Positions 1 to 7,313 of a stretch of DNA of 25,360 bases are shown here, in pieces. The stretch spans positions 1-25,360 of the IMG/VR virus record IMGVR_UViG_3300033485_000076; one strand, written 5' to 3'. This DNA is from a virus (Duplodnaviria > Caudoviricetes). The position numbers and the translations under genes are program-made. Numbering within the stretch: position 1 is the stretch's first letter; every line of letters starts with the position of its first letter. The notes under the pieces were generated by a model. That model did no database searches and was not told the origin of the DNA. It worked only from the letters and a program-made list of their open reading frames with translations.

Positions 1-1
1 A

Positions 2-505
2 ACTGTCCCCGGTGGGACGCTTTTCTACAACCACAAGTGCCGATGGCGCGATGGGGTCATTCTACACCCTGTCATTTGGATGCGCCCTGCCGGGTGGATT
101 CTTCGCGAGGAGTTGATCTGGAACAGGGGGGGGTCGATGACGGTAAACGCAAGGATGTTTGCGCCATCCGACGAGCGCATCCTTTGGTTTGATCGCCCCG
201 GAGCAGCACACACATGGAACCAACCGAGCGGGTCTGCACTGCTGTCGGTATGGAGCATAAGTATCGAACAAGGAAGCGGCAAACCGCACCCGGTGTCTTT
301 CCCTGTGACAATGCCAGCCCGGGCAATATCGGCAGTTACCAATCCATGCGACTTGGTCTTGGACCCATTCATGGGCAGCGGCACCACCCTCCGCGCAGCC
401 AAAGACCTCGGACGCCGCGCCATCGGGATCGAGATCGAGGAACGCTACTGCGAGATCGCTGCAAAGCGCATGTCGCAGGAAACACTTTTCGGAATCGGAG
501 GATGA
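2..505 (+). CDS. DNA methyltransferase, N6-adenine/N4-cytosine family (5'-partial)
   Basis: Frame is open from position 2. HPxxFP, motif I VLDPFMGSGTT and GIEIEERYCEIA near the C-terminus (beta-class order). The catalytic DPPY-type motif would lie upstream of the window. Confidence 0.9.
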   Translation, partial: TVPGGTLFYNHKCRWRDGVILHPVIWMRPAGWILREELIWNRGGSMTVNARMFAPSDERILWFDRPGAAHTWNQPSGSALLSVWSISIEQGSGKPHPVSFPVTMPARAISAVTNPCDLVLDPFMGSGTTLRAAKDLGRRAIGIEIEERYCEIAAKRMSQETLFGIGG

Positions 506-506
506 C

Positions 507-737
507 ATGGGCGAAGAAGCATTCGACGAGGTGATCATCCCCTGCGAGGACGGCATGGTCCTGCACGTCACGGGCGGCTACGGTCGCGAGGAGGTCTGCC
601 TGGGCATCGGCAGGCCGACCGAGGATGACCGGAAAGCGGGCTGTGCCGGTATGCCTGCGCTGGTTGTCCTGCTCGACAGGGAGGCCCGCACGGAGCTCCG
701 CAAGGCCCTGCGGTCGATGATGCGAGGTGGGCTATGA
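507..737 (+). CDS. Hypothetical protein (76 aa)
   Basis: GGAGG upstream; tightly packed between neighbours, with ATGA overlap with the next gene. Confidence 0.7.
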   Translation: MGEEAFDEVIIPCEDGMVLHVTGGYGREEVCLGIGRPTEDDRKAGCAGMPALVVLLDREARTELRKALRSMMRGGL

Positions 738-1243
738 AATGCGAAGCCTGCGGGAAAGAGGGCACGCTCGACATCCGGGCGACGTTGATCCGTTGTTCCT
801 TCTGCGATGGCGAATGGGGCCGTGTCAACGGCTTCTGGGTCGAGTCGAAGCCGCCCAGGTGCATGGAGTGTGGCGGCGACGGGAAGACCGTCGAGGTCGA
901 GCCGAAGACGTGCCCGTCATGCGCGGGCACAGGGAGGGAGGGGGGAGTCAAGGGGGGAATAGAGCCATCTTCCCCCCTCCCCCCCGGCCGATGTTCCCCC
1001 CTCCCCCCGGTCTGTATGCGGAACGGATGCGCTCTGTATGGGGTCTGTATCCGCCGAGCCGTACCGTGGGGTCGGGCACACCGGAGACTGCAACTGCGCG
1101 GACGACTTCACTTGCGCGGAGCACGGAGGCGGCCATGTCCTCAGAGATCACAAATGAGGTGTGTACGTGCAGAGGGGCGAATGCCGTCCAAGTACTGCCG
1201 CAAGTGCACAGCGAAGCTCAAAGAGGAGACCAAGCCATGCTGA
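734..1243 (+). CDS. Zn-finger protein with DnaJ-like CxxCxGxG repeats; C-terminal half uncertain
   Basis: CEACG, CSFCDG, CMECGGDG and CPSCAGTG motifs; GAGGTG SD. The frame crosses homopolymer G/C tracts at 932-1010. Confidence 0.6.
   Translation: MKCEACGKEGTLDIRATLIRCSFCDGEWGRVNGFWVESKPPRCMECGGDGKTVEVEPKTCPSCAGTGREGGVKGGIEPSSPLPPGRCSPLPPVCMRNGCALYGVCIRRAVPWGRAHRRLQLRGRLHLRGARRRPCPQRSQMRCVRAEGRMPSKYCRKCTAKLKEETKPC
932..1050. repeat. G-run block followed by a complementary C-run block; TCTGTAT x3
   Basis: GGGAGGGAGGGGGGAGTCAAGGGGGG (932-957); TTCCCCCCTCCCCCC(C)GG twice (970-987, 994-1010); TCTGTAT at 1011, 1033 and 1044. Confidence 0.85.
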
Positions 1244-1605
1244 CCGACACAGATCTGGACGAGATCGAGGCGCGTGCGGACAAGGCGACGAAGGGGCCGT
1301 GGGAACAAAGCGTGGGTGTCTATTACGATCCTGATGGTGACGATGATTGCTGGTTTGGCCGCGGACCGACAATCATACCTATGTCAAGAGCGGAAGCAGA
1401 CGCTGATGCATCATTCATCGCCGCATCCCGCACCGACGTTCCCGCGCTGGCCAAGGAGGTGCGGAGGCTGCGTAGAGTCGAGGCCGCGGCCCGCACTCTG
1501 TGTGATTCGATGGCGGAATTCCCGGACGACCACGCTGTGTGGGGCGAAGCGTTCGACGGTCTATGGAACGCACTGGCCGAGTCGGAGAGGAGCGGGGAGA
1601 AGTGA
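1237..1605 (+). CDS. Ead/Ea22-like phage early protein
   Basis: GAGGAG SD; pattern LDEIEARADKATKGPW...DASFIAASRTDVPALAKEVRRLR is typical of this phage family. Confidence 0.75.
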   Translation: MLTDTDLDEIEARADKATKGPWEQSVGVYYDPDGDDDCWFGRGPTIIPMSRAEADADASFIAASRTDVPALAKEVRRLRRVEAAARTLCDSMAEFPDDHAVWGEAFDGLWNALAESERSGEK

Positions 1606-2864
1606 GCGACAGCGCCGCCACATACACGGCACGCGAGCTTGCCGAGCTGCGGCGGTGCAGCATAGACACGATCTACCGCTGGGTCGACGACGGCCTATTG
1701 CAGCCCCTGCCCCGTCGACCCGGCGGATCTTTGCGATTCAGCGCCTCCGACGTAGAGTGGTCGACGGAGGCTGCAACAATGGGCGCACGTTTCGACCGCG
1801 AGCGCGGGCGATGGTTTGTCGACTTCTGGTATCACCATCCGACTGGGGAACGTGAGCGCGTCCGCCTAGACTCCCCGGTGAACACGCGCAAGGGAGCGAT
1901 CTCGTACGAACAAAAGGTGCGGCAGGAGATAGCCGCTGGCACGTGGCGCAAGGCTGAGCCGACCACGCTCCGGGCCTTCGTCAAGGACTTCGTCGCATGG
2001 GCCAAGGCGAACACCGAGCTCTCTACTTGGGAGCACTACGAATCGATCTGTGACCTGCACCTTGCGCCCCACTTCGGCCGCTCCCAACTCGCCGCCATCG
2101 ACACCGCGGCGCTCGAATCGTACAAGGCAGCCAAGCTTGCGGCGGGCCTGAGCCGCAAGACGATCAACAACCACCTCGGCGTGCTGAGCAAGATGCTGTC
2201 GCTCGCCGTCGAGTGGCACAAGCTGCGCGCCGCGCCGCGGTTCGTGCCCTTCCGCCTGCAGCGGATCCAGGATCAGGACTTCCGATGGCTCACACGCGCC
2301 GAGGCTGACAGGCTCGTCGGCGCCGCGTGGGGCTACTGGGGAGCGATGATCACGGTCGCGCTACACACCGGGCTGCGCATGGGCGAGATTCAGGCGCTGC
2401 GCTGGGAGGATGTCGACGCCAAGGGGCGCAAGCTCACCGTGCGGCAATCGTGGTACGGGGGCGCGTTCAAGGCGCCGAAGAGTGGCAAGCCCCGCACGAT
2501 CCCTCTCAACGCCGCGTCCGTAGAGGCCCTCGAGCGACATACGCGCCGCCTGCACTGCGACCTGGTGTTTTGCACGCGCCGCGGGACCGTGATCGACAAG
2601 CCCGATCTCGAGCGCGGGCTTGGCCGGGTGTGCGCAGCCGCGAAGGTCGAGCGCATCGGCTGGCACGTGATGCGCCACACATTCGCCTCATGGCTCGTGC
2701 AGGCCGGGGTGCCACTCACCGTGGTGCGCGACTTGCTTGGCCACAGCTCGATCCGGATGACAGAGCGATACGCGCACCTTGCGCCGGCGATGCACGCTGA
2801 CGCGGTAGCGATGCTCGACGCGACAAAAAGTCTGGGCAACAGTAAGGCAATGACCGATGCGTGA
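1602..2864 (+). CDS. int: Tyrosine integrase with N-terminal excisionase-like (HTH_17/MerR-type) domain; second in-frame start at 1779
   Basis: Catalytic R (HTGLR), K (APKSG), HxxR (HVMRH), LGH and Y (RYAH). N-terminal YTARELAELRRCSIDTIYRWVDDGLL is Xis-like. GTG overlaps the upstream TGA; internal GGAGG-N8-ATG at 1779. Confidence 0.92.
   Translation: MSDSAATYTARELAELRRCSIDTIYRWVDDGLLQPLPRRPGGSLRFSASDVEWSTEAATMGARFDRERGRWFVDFWYHHPTGERERVRLDSPVNTRKGAISYEQKVRQEIAAGTWRKAEPTTLRAFVKDFVAWAKANTELSTWEHYESICDLHLAPHFGRSQLAAIDTAALESYKAAKLAAGLSRKTINNHLGVLSKMLSLAVEWHKLRAAPRFVPFRLQRIQDQDFRWLTRAEADRLVGAAWGYWGAMITVALHTGLRMGEIQALRWEDVDAKGRKLTVRQSWYGGAFKAPKSGKPRTIPLNAASVEALERHTRRLHCDLVFCTRRGTVIDKPDLERGLGRVCAAAKVERIGWHVMRHTFASWLVQAGVPLTVVRDLLGHSSIRMTERYAHLAPAMHADAVAMLDATKSLGNSKAMTDA
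2831..2851 (+). promoter_or_regulatory. Putative integrase arm-type sites, left arm of attP
   Basis: TCTGGGCAAC-AG-TAAGGCAAT, matching the tandem pair on the other side of the core; a related TCTGGGAAAC at 2865-2874. Confidence 0.6.
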
Positions 2865-2896
2865 TCTGGGAAACCATTGCGGCTGTAGGGCGGGAG

Positions 2897-2924
2897 TGGC
2901 GTCCCCAAGGGGATTTGAACCCCT
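2897..2924 (-). other. attP core: 3' 28 nt of a tRNA-Glu gene (T-arm, acceptor 3' strand, CCA)
   Basis: Minus strand reads AGGGGTTCAAATCCCCTTGGGGACGCCA, matching the typical bacterial tRNA-Glu 3' end. It lies 32 nt after the int stop and the 5' part of the tRNA is absent. Confidence 0.88.
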
Positions 2925-3039
2925 CGTGGGTTGGCCACTTCTAGCAACTATATCGCCCGAGTACAACCAAATTCGCAGCAGTCGCGCCTGCATGCAGATG
3001 CTAGCAAATGCGGGAGGTTGCGGGCTCGGATGGTTTTCG

Positions 3040-3060
3040 TTTGGGCAACATCTGGGCAAT
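3040..3060 (+). promoter_or_regulatory. Putative integrase arm-type sites, right arm of attP
   Basis: TTTGGGCAAC-A-TCTGGGCAAT, a tandem direct repeat with 11-bp period and the same motif as at 2831. Confidence 0.65.
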
Positions 3061-3101
3061 GGATTTGCGGCCCCTCCTCTCCCCGCCGCCGGAGGTGGGG
3101 C

Positions 3102-3329
3102 GTGAGTGCTCCATCCCTACGCAAGCTGCTGCCGGCCCGCATACGTCTGGTGCGCCAGGCGAGAGGACTGACACAGGCGGAAACTGGTAGCCGTAGCGGC
3201 CTTGGGCAGACTGCCATTTCCCACTTCGAGTCCGGTCGCCGCCTGCCATCTGCCGCGAACCTGGCCCGTCTGGCTCGTTGTCTGAACACCTCTGCAGACT
3301 ATCTGCTCGGACTCAGGGGTGAGGCATGA
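3102..3329 (+). CDS. XRE/Cro-CI family HTH transcriptional regulator
   Basis: GGAGGT SD plus GTG; RIRLVRQARGLTQAE...QTAISHFESGRRLPS...LARCLNTSADYLLG. Confidence 0.88.
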   Translation: MSAPSLRKLLPARIRLVRQARGLTQAETGSRSGLGQTAISHFESGRRLPSAANLARLARCLNTSADYLLGLRGEA

Positions 3330-3910
3330 ACGCGGCGCTGTTCGTCGAACGCGGCGGGGTCTACTACGGCCTGCCCGACGTGGATCCGTGGGGCCTCCCG
3401 GACCGCGACGCCCGCCTATACGACGGCCCTAACCCAGTTGTGGCACACTCTCCGTGCGAGAGGTGGGGGCGATACTGGTTCGGCGGCCCGAGCGCCAGGG
3501 TGCGGCGCGTGCTCGGTGACGACGGCGGTTGCTTCGCGGCCGCTCTGGCCTCCGTGCGCCGATGGGGTGGCGTGCTCGAGCACCCAGAGGCATCGCACGC
3601 CTGGCGCCACCACGGACTGATGACGCCTCCGCGCGGTGGAGGCTGGGTGTCGGCAGGCATGGGTGATCCAGGCTGGACGTGCTGTGTCGAGCAGGGCCAC
3701 TACGGGCACCGGGCGCGCAAGGCCACGTGGCTGTACGCGGTCGGCTGCGAGTTGCCGATGCTGCGCTGGGGAACGTGCGGACGACGGGCCAGGCTCGACG
3801 AGGGCTACCACACTGCAGAGGAGCGCGCCTTTAGCTCGAATCGCTCCCTGTCCCCGGAGATGCGCCGGCGCAAGTCGGAGTGGATGACTGCCGTCGAGGA
3901 GTCCACATGA
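3326..3910 (+). CDS. Divergent phage C5-cytosine methyltransferase-like protein, N-terminal part
   Basis: VVAHSPC (motif IV-like PC), VLEHP (motif VI-like), EQGHYGHRARKATWL (motif VIII-like). No canonical FxGxG. Confidence 0.6.
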   Translation: MNAALFVERGGVYYGLPDVDPWGLPDRDARLYDGPNPVVAHSPCERWGRYWFGGPSARVRRVLGDDGGCFAAALASVRRWGGVLEHPEASHAWRHHGLMTPPRGGGWVSAGMGDPGWTCCVEQGHYGHRARKATWLYAVGCELPMLRWGTCGRRARLDEGYHTAEERAFSSNRSLSPEMRRRKSEWMTAVEEST

Positions 3911-4021
3911 ATGAAGCACTTCCGCCGCCTGACGGACAGGGAGGCGCGCGCGACCCCGCCCGCGTTCCGCGACGTGCTCTTGGCGATGGCTCGCAGCGCG
4001 CGCCGCACGGAGGCAGCATGA
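3911..4021 (+). CDS. In-frame continuation of the MTase-like gene after a TGA (36 aa, motif X-like helix)
   Basis: ACA TGA ATG AAG...: MKHFRRLTDREARATPPAFRDVLLAMARSARRTEAA, same frame as 3326. Its stop overlaps the next ATG (ATGA). Confidence 0.6.
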   Translation: MKHFRRLTDREARATPPAFRDVLLAMARSARRTEAA

Positions 4022-4212
4022 TTCCAATCCCAAAGTGCCCGATCCACAAGGTCGAGCTCGATCCGTACGATTACGGCTGCGTCTTGAGGTGCCCAGTCTG
4101 CGAGTACACGATCAAGACTGCAGAGTTGATCGAATGCGGTATCGGCGCAGAGAGAAGGAAGTACCTCAACGTGGCATTGAACCCGGACGATGACGTGCAG
4201 GTGAAGCCATGA
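4018..4212 (+). CDS. Small Zn-ribbon protein
   Basis: GGAGG SD; CPIH...CPVC. Confidence 0.7.
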   Translation: MIPIPKCPIHKVELDPYDYGCVLRCPVCEYTIKTAELIECGIGAERRKYLNVALNPDDDVQVKP

Positions 4213-4388
4213 CCGGCCGCCAAGCACTGCAGCAGATCGAACGAGATCATGAGCACCTGCGAGTGGCCTGCCCGCTGTGCAAGGCGTGGCCTTGGTCGCA
4301 GTGCTTCACGACTGGACGCGGAGTGCCGAGGAAGTGCCTCACGCACCAAGAGAGGATCGACGCAAGCAGAGAGGTGGTGAGAACATGA
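4209..4388 (+). CDS. Small phage zinc-finger protein (59 aa; not in the ORF track)
   Basis: MTGRQALQQIERDHEHLRVACPLCKAWPWSQCFTTGRGVPRKCLTHQERIDASREVVRT; CPxC-x7-C...HxxR pattern; ATGA overlaps at both ends. Confidence 0.7.
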   Translation: MTGRQALQQIERDHEHLRVACPLCKAWPWSQCFTTGRGVPRKCLTHQERIDASREVVRT

Positions 4389-4714
4389 CGTCCTGCGCCC
4401 TCTGTGTCGACGCCGAGGCGACAGAGCAGCTCGAGCGCAAGGGCCGCGCTGTGCGCCTGTGCTGGTCGTGCACGATGGCCGCGCTCAAGGTGGAGCTCGA
4501 CAGCGGCTGCAGGATCGGAGAGCCGCACCCGGGCGGGCCGCTCAAGGGCAGGGAGCTCACGTGGTCGATGGTCGGGCGGGCGCCGCGGGTCGTGTACAGA
4601 GGCTTCGAGGAAGTCCCGGCCAGGTCCGCCCGCAAGCCATCGCTCGACGAACTCGACCGCCGGGGATCGAAACTGGACTGGAGCGAGGAGAGCCACAGGA
4701 GGCAGACGAGATGA
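4385..4714 (+). CDS. Hypothetical protein with N-terminal CxxC...CxxC
   Basis: GAGGTG SD; CALC...CWSC; ATGA overlaps. Confidence 0.65.
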   Translation: MTSCALCVDAEATEQLERKGRAVRLCWSCTMAALKVELDSGCRIGEPHPGGPLKGRELTWSMVGRAPRVVYRGFEEVPARSARKPSLDELDRRGSKLDWSEESHRRQTR

Positions 4715-4887
4715 GACCACCAGCCAAGACCTGCCGGACGTGCGTGCACCTCGCTCGCATCAAGGGATTCCCACGGCACGCGACGGTCTGCACCCATGAC
4801 GGCGCAAGCAAGCCAACCCACGCCAACAGCCGAGGGTGCAGCAAACACGAGGAGCGGCCTAGGCCGAGGAAGGAGACGAACAAGTGA
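4711..4887 (+). CDS. Small Cys-rich protein (58 aa)
   Basis: AGGAGG SD; TCRTCVH...C...GC. Confidence 0.65.
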   Translation: MRPPAKTCRTCVHLARIKGFPRHATVCTHDGASKPTHANSRGCSKHEERPRPRKETNK

Positions 4888-5069
4888 CGACTGAACGGAC
4901 CACATGTCAGACGTGTTATCACTACGTGCGAGAGCGAGAGAGCGACCGTGCTCCGTACGAGTGCGGTATCTGCACGGAGCGCGATCACCGATGCTCCACC
5001 ACAGCAAGCAGGGCGGGATGCAGAGATTACAGGCCACAGCCCGAGCCGCAGAAGGAGACGAGCAAATGA
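4884..5069 (+). CDS. Small Cys-rich protein (61 aa), probable paralog of the preceding gene
   Basis: AAGGAG SD; TCQTCYH...C...GC; GTGA overlap. Confidence 0.65.
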   Translation: MTTERTTCQTCYHYVRERESDRAPYECGICTERDHRCSTTASRAGCRDYRPQPEPQKETSK

Positions 5070-5287
5070 CCAAGCCAAATCCACCCCGCCTCGACCACGC
5101 GACGCTGAGGTGGTGCGCGGAGAGTATCGCCAGCGCCATCGGTGGCTATCAAAAGGACATCGAGGGACTGGCGGATGACGACCCGTGGAAGACGGCCTTG
5201 TTGCGTGGTGGGCAAGAAGCTCTATCGGGTTTCGCTCGCAGCTTCCGCAACCGCGCCACCCGGGCGGAGAGGAGGGTTCGTGGCTGA
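5066..5287 (+). CDS. Hypothetical protein (73 aa)
   Basis: AAGGAG SD, ATGA overlap, helical-looking sequence. Confidence 0.65.
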   Translation: MTKPNPPRLDHATLRWCAESIASAIGGYQKDIEGLADDDPWKTALLRGGQEALSGFARSFRNRATRAERRVRG

Positions 5288-6248
5288 CAACACCAAGATC
5301 GAGTGGACCGATGCGAGTTGGAATCCTGTCGTGGGCTGCAGCCACGTCAGCGCGGGCTGCGCACACTGCTATGCCGAACCCATGGCTGCGCGCTGCGAGC
5401 GTATGGGTCTCAAGCAGTACGCCGGACTGACGCGTGCGCGCCGCTGGACCGGGAAGACGCGATTCGTCGACAGCGTGATCGATCAGCCGCTGCGATGGCG
5501 CAAGCCTCGGCGCATCTTCGTCTGCAGCATGGGTGATCTGTTCCACCCGAGCGTACCGGACGAGTGGATCGATAAGGTCTTCGGCGTAATGCACGCGTGC
5601 GAATATGACGGGAACAGCCACGGAGATGCCTTCCCATGGCACGTGTTCCAGATACTCACGAAGAGACCGGAGCGCATGTGCGAATACCTATCACAGGATA
5701 GACGCGAGAGGTGGGCTGATTGGGCTGTGCATTTTGGTGGGGGAGAGGACCCGGACCCGCTGCATGACCAGATCCGATTCCGCAAAGATCTACATCCGCG
5801 AATCTGGCTCGGCACCACCGTCGAAGACTCTTCCCAAATCGGACGCGTCGATCACCTGCTGCGCGCGCCGGCCACGGTGCGGTTCCTGTCGCTGGAGCCG
5901 CTACTGGGGGCGGTTGACCTGCATCTGAGCGGCAAGACGTGCACATGCACTCTTGGGAGTGGTTGCCGCGGGCTTTCTGGGCTGGGCAATGGATGGTCCT
6001 GCGCAATGGCGCAGACGCTGGACTGGGTCATCGTCGGCGGAGAGTCGGGACCGAAGGCGAGATCGTGCGACCTGGAGTGGATCCGCTCGGTGGTCGAGCA
6101 GTGTCGAGGGGCGGGTGTCGCTTGCTTCGTCAAACAGATCCAGGCCTATGGCTACGGCCGCCTAACCAAGGATCTATCCGAGTGGCCAGAAGACCTGCGC
6201 GTGCGAGAGATGCCGGAGGCTGGCCGTGGCCTGGGTGGAGACCGGTGA
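5280..6248 (+). CDS. DUF5131 / phage Gp37-Gp68 family protein (radical-SAM-like)
   Basis: TKIEWTDASWNPVVGCSHVSAGCAHCYAE, RIFVCSMGDLFH, QILTKRPERM, RFLSLEPLLG, DWVIVGGESG, FVKQ. Confidence 0.92.
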   Translation: MADNTKIEWTDASWNPVVGCSHVSAGCAHCYAEPMAARCERMGLKQYAGLTRARRWTGKTRFVDSVIDQPLRWRKPRRIFVCSMGDLFHPSVPDEWIDKVFGVMHACEYDGNSHGDAFPWHVFQILTKRPERMCEYLSQDRRERWADWAVHFGGGEDPDPLHDQIRFRKDLHPRIWLGTTVEDSSQIGRVDHLLRAPATVRFLSLEPLLGAVDLHLSGKTCTCTLGSGCRGLSGLGNGWSCAMAQTLDWVIVGGESGPKARSCDLEWIRSVVEQCRGAGVACFVKQIQAYGYGRLTKDLSEWPEDLRVREMPEAGRGLGGDR

Positions 6249-6549
6249 CCCGCCGTCGCCCCAAGCGTGGCGCCCGTGCTGGGCGTGGTCGCGCCGAAGC
6301 CGCGAGGTCTGGCCGGCGATCCAATGCCGCATCTGTGGCTGGGTCACTCACAGACGGGACTGCCCCACTGGCCACGAATGCCTCGGCCGGCCACGGGACT
6401 GGAGCGAGGTTCCGGGAGCGCTGCGGCTCGCATCCACCTGTGACGCGCCACGAGTGGGATGTGCTCCAGGAGATCGACCAGCACCTGGACGAGGTGGGCG
6501 AGAGGCAGGAGAAGATTCAGGCAGAGCTGGCACAGGAGTCGCTGCGTAA
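6226..6549 (+). CDS. Possible hypothetical protein (CxxC...C...HxC); extent uncertain
   Basis: GGAGG SD before GTG; CRIC/CPTGHEC. The 3' part overlaps another candidate ORF. Confidence 0.4.
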   Translation: MAWVETGDPPSPQAWRPCWAWSRRSREVWPAIQCRICGWVTHRRDCPTGHECLGRPRDWSEVPGALRLASTCDAPRVGCAPGDRPAPGRGGREAGEDSGRAGTGVAA

Positions 6550-6691
6550 GCTGCTGGAGCTCCGCCAGCAAGGCCACCCCGCCGGCTGCCAGTGCCGACC
6601 GTGCGCGGAAGCGCTCCGGGCATGCCTCGCCGCCGGACTGTGGCGTGAGGTGGCGGGTGCTGGGGAGTTGGGCACGGATGGTGCATCGTGA
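6440..6691 (+). CDS. Hypothetical coiled-coil protein with HxxxCxCxxC; start uncertain
   Basis: GC3-rich codons, acidic heptad pattern, HPAGCQCRPC; no clear SD. Confidence 0.5.
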   Translation: MTRHEWDVLQEIDQHLDEVGERQEKIQAELAQESLRKLLELRQQGHPAGCQCRPCAEALRACLAAGLWREVAGAGELGTDGAS

Positions 6692-6714
6692 CAGGCAAGC
6701 TGAGAGGAGGATCT

Positions 6715-7047
6715 ATGTCGCGTGTCGCTTTTTTTGCGGCCATGGTTTTGGTTGTCAGTTGTGACCGTGCCGAGGAGGAGTCCACACGGAAGCCCTTGGA
6801 CAAGTCAGCTCCGCTCGTGCTCGGCGGAGCCGTGGAAGGCATCACATACCAGCCTGTCTGGGAGGATCGCTTGGAGGATCGCCGGTGGTATCTGATAGAC
6901 CTCGCCTGCTCCCACAAGTCCGTCGAGATCTGCGTCTTTGCGGACGGGCAGCGCAGCCGGTGCACTCCGGTCGAAGGGGCCACGCCGGCGTTTTGCGCGA
7001 AGTGGCGCACGCATCATAGCGGCACAGGCACGACAGGTGCACCGTGA
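6715..7047 (+). CDS. Putative lipoprotein
   Basis: GAGGAGG SD; MSRVAFFAAMVLVVS-C lipobox-like signal; four further Cys. Confidence 0.65.
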   Translation: MSRVAFFAAMVLVVSCDRAEEESTRKPLDKSAPLVLGGAVEGITYQPVWEDRLEDRRWYLIDLACSHKSVEICVFADGQRSRCTPVEGATPAFCAKWRTHHSGTGTTGAP

Positions 7048-7247
7048 CAGGCATGGGCACCACACTGCGAGAGGTCGTCGAGACGGCGGAGCGCCAGGCG
7101 ATTGATGGCGCGCTGCGTCAGACCAACGGACACGTCACGGATGCGGCTGTTTTACTTGGAGTTTCCAGGCGTACGCTGTGGAATCGCATCCACGCCCTGG
7201 GCGTAATCCCGGCTACCTACAGACTCGCACCTAAGCCTACCGCGTAA
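7044..7247 (+). CDS. Stand-alone Fis-type HTH (HTH_8), resembling the DNA-binding domain of NtrC-family enhancer-binding proteins
   Basis: LREVVETAERQAIDGALRQTNGHVTDAAVLLGVSRRTLWNRI; no AAA+ or receiver domain. Confidence 0.88.
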   Translation: MTGMGTTLREVVETAERQAIDGALRQTNGHVTDAAVLLGVSRRTLWNRIHALGVIPATYRLAPKPTA

Positions 7248-7275
7248 AGATATTTGCACAACGTGCGAAATCTTT
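7246..7275. promoter_or_regulatory. Imperfect palindrome: candidate enhancer (UAS) site and/or weak terminator
   Basis: AAAGATATTTGCAC-AAC-GTGCGAAATCTTT running into a T-tract; centred about -119 from the predicted sigma54 TSS. Confidence 0.5.
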
Positions 7276-7284
7276 TTCCAAAAC

Positions 7285-7302
7285 TGCGCAGATTGCTGCG
7301 CA
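7285..7302. promoter_or_regulatory. Palindrome with perfect 7-bp arms: candidate bEBP upstream activator sequence
   Basis: TGCGCAG-ATTG-CTGCGCA, centred about -86; resembles NtrC-type TGC...GCA sites. Confidence 0.6.
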
Positions 7303-7313
7303 TGTGTGTTTGC

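Noticed and set aside
2661-2675. Second sigma54-like motif TGGCACGTGATGCGC
   Set aside because: Lies in codons for the integrase catalytic WHVMRH, has a poor -12 element and no IHF/UAS context.
2897-2970. Full tRNA gene
   Set aside because: Only the T-arm and 3' acceptor strand are present, with no D or anticodon arms; treated as the attP core.
3908-3945. Selenocysteine or genome-wide TGA recoding
   Set aside because: Many neighbouring genes use TGA as a stop in ATGA/GTGA overlaps; no convincing SECIS hairpin; the position is not the catalytic Cys.
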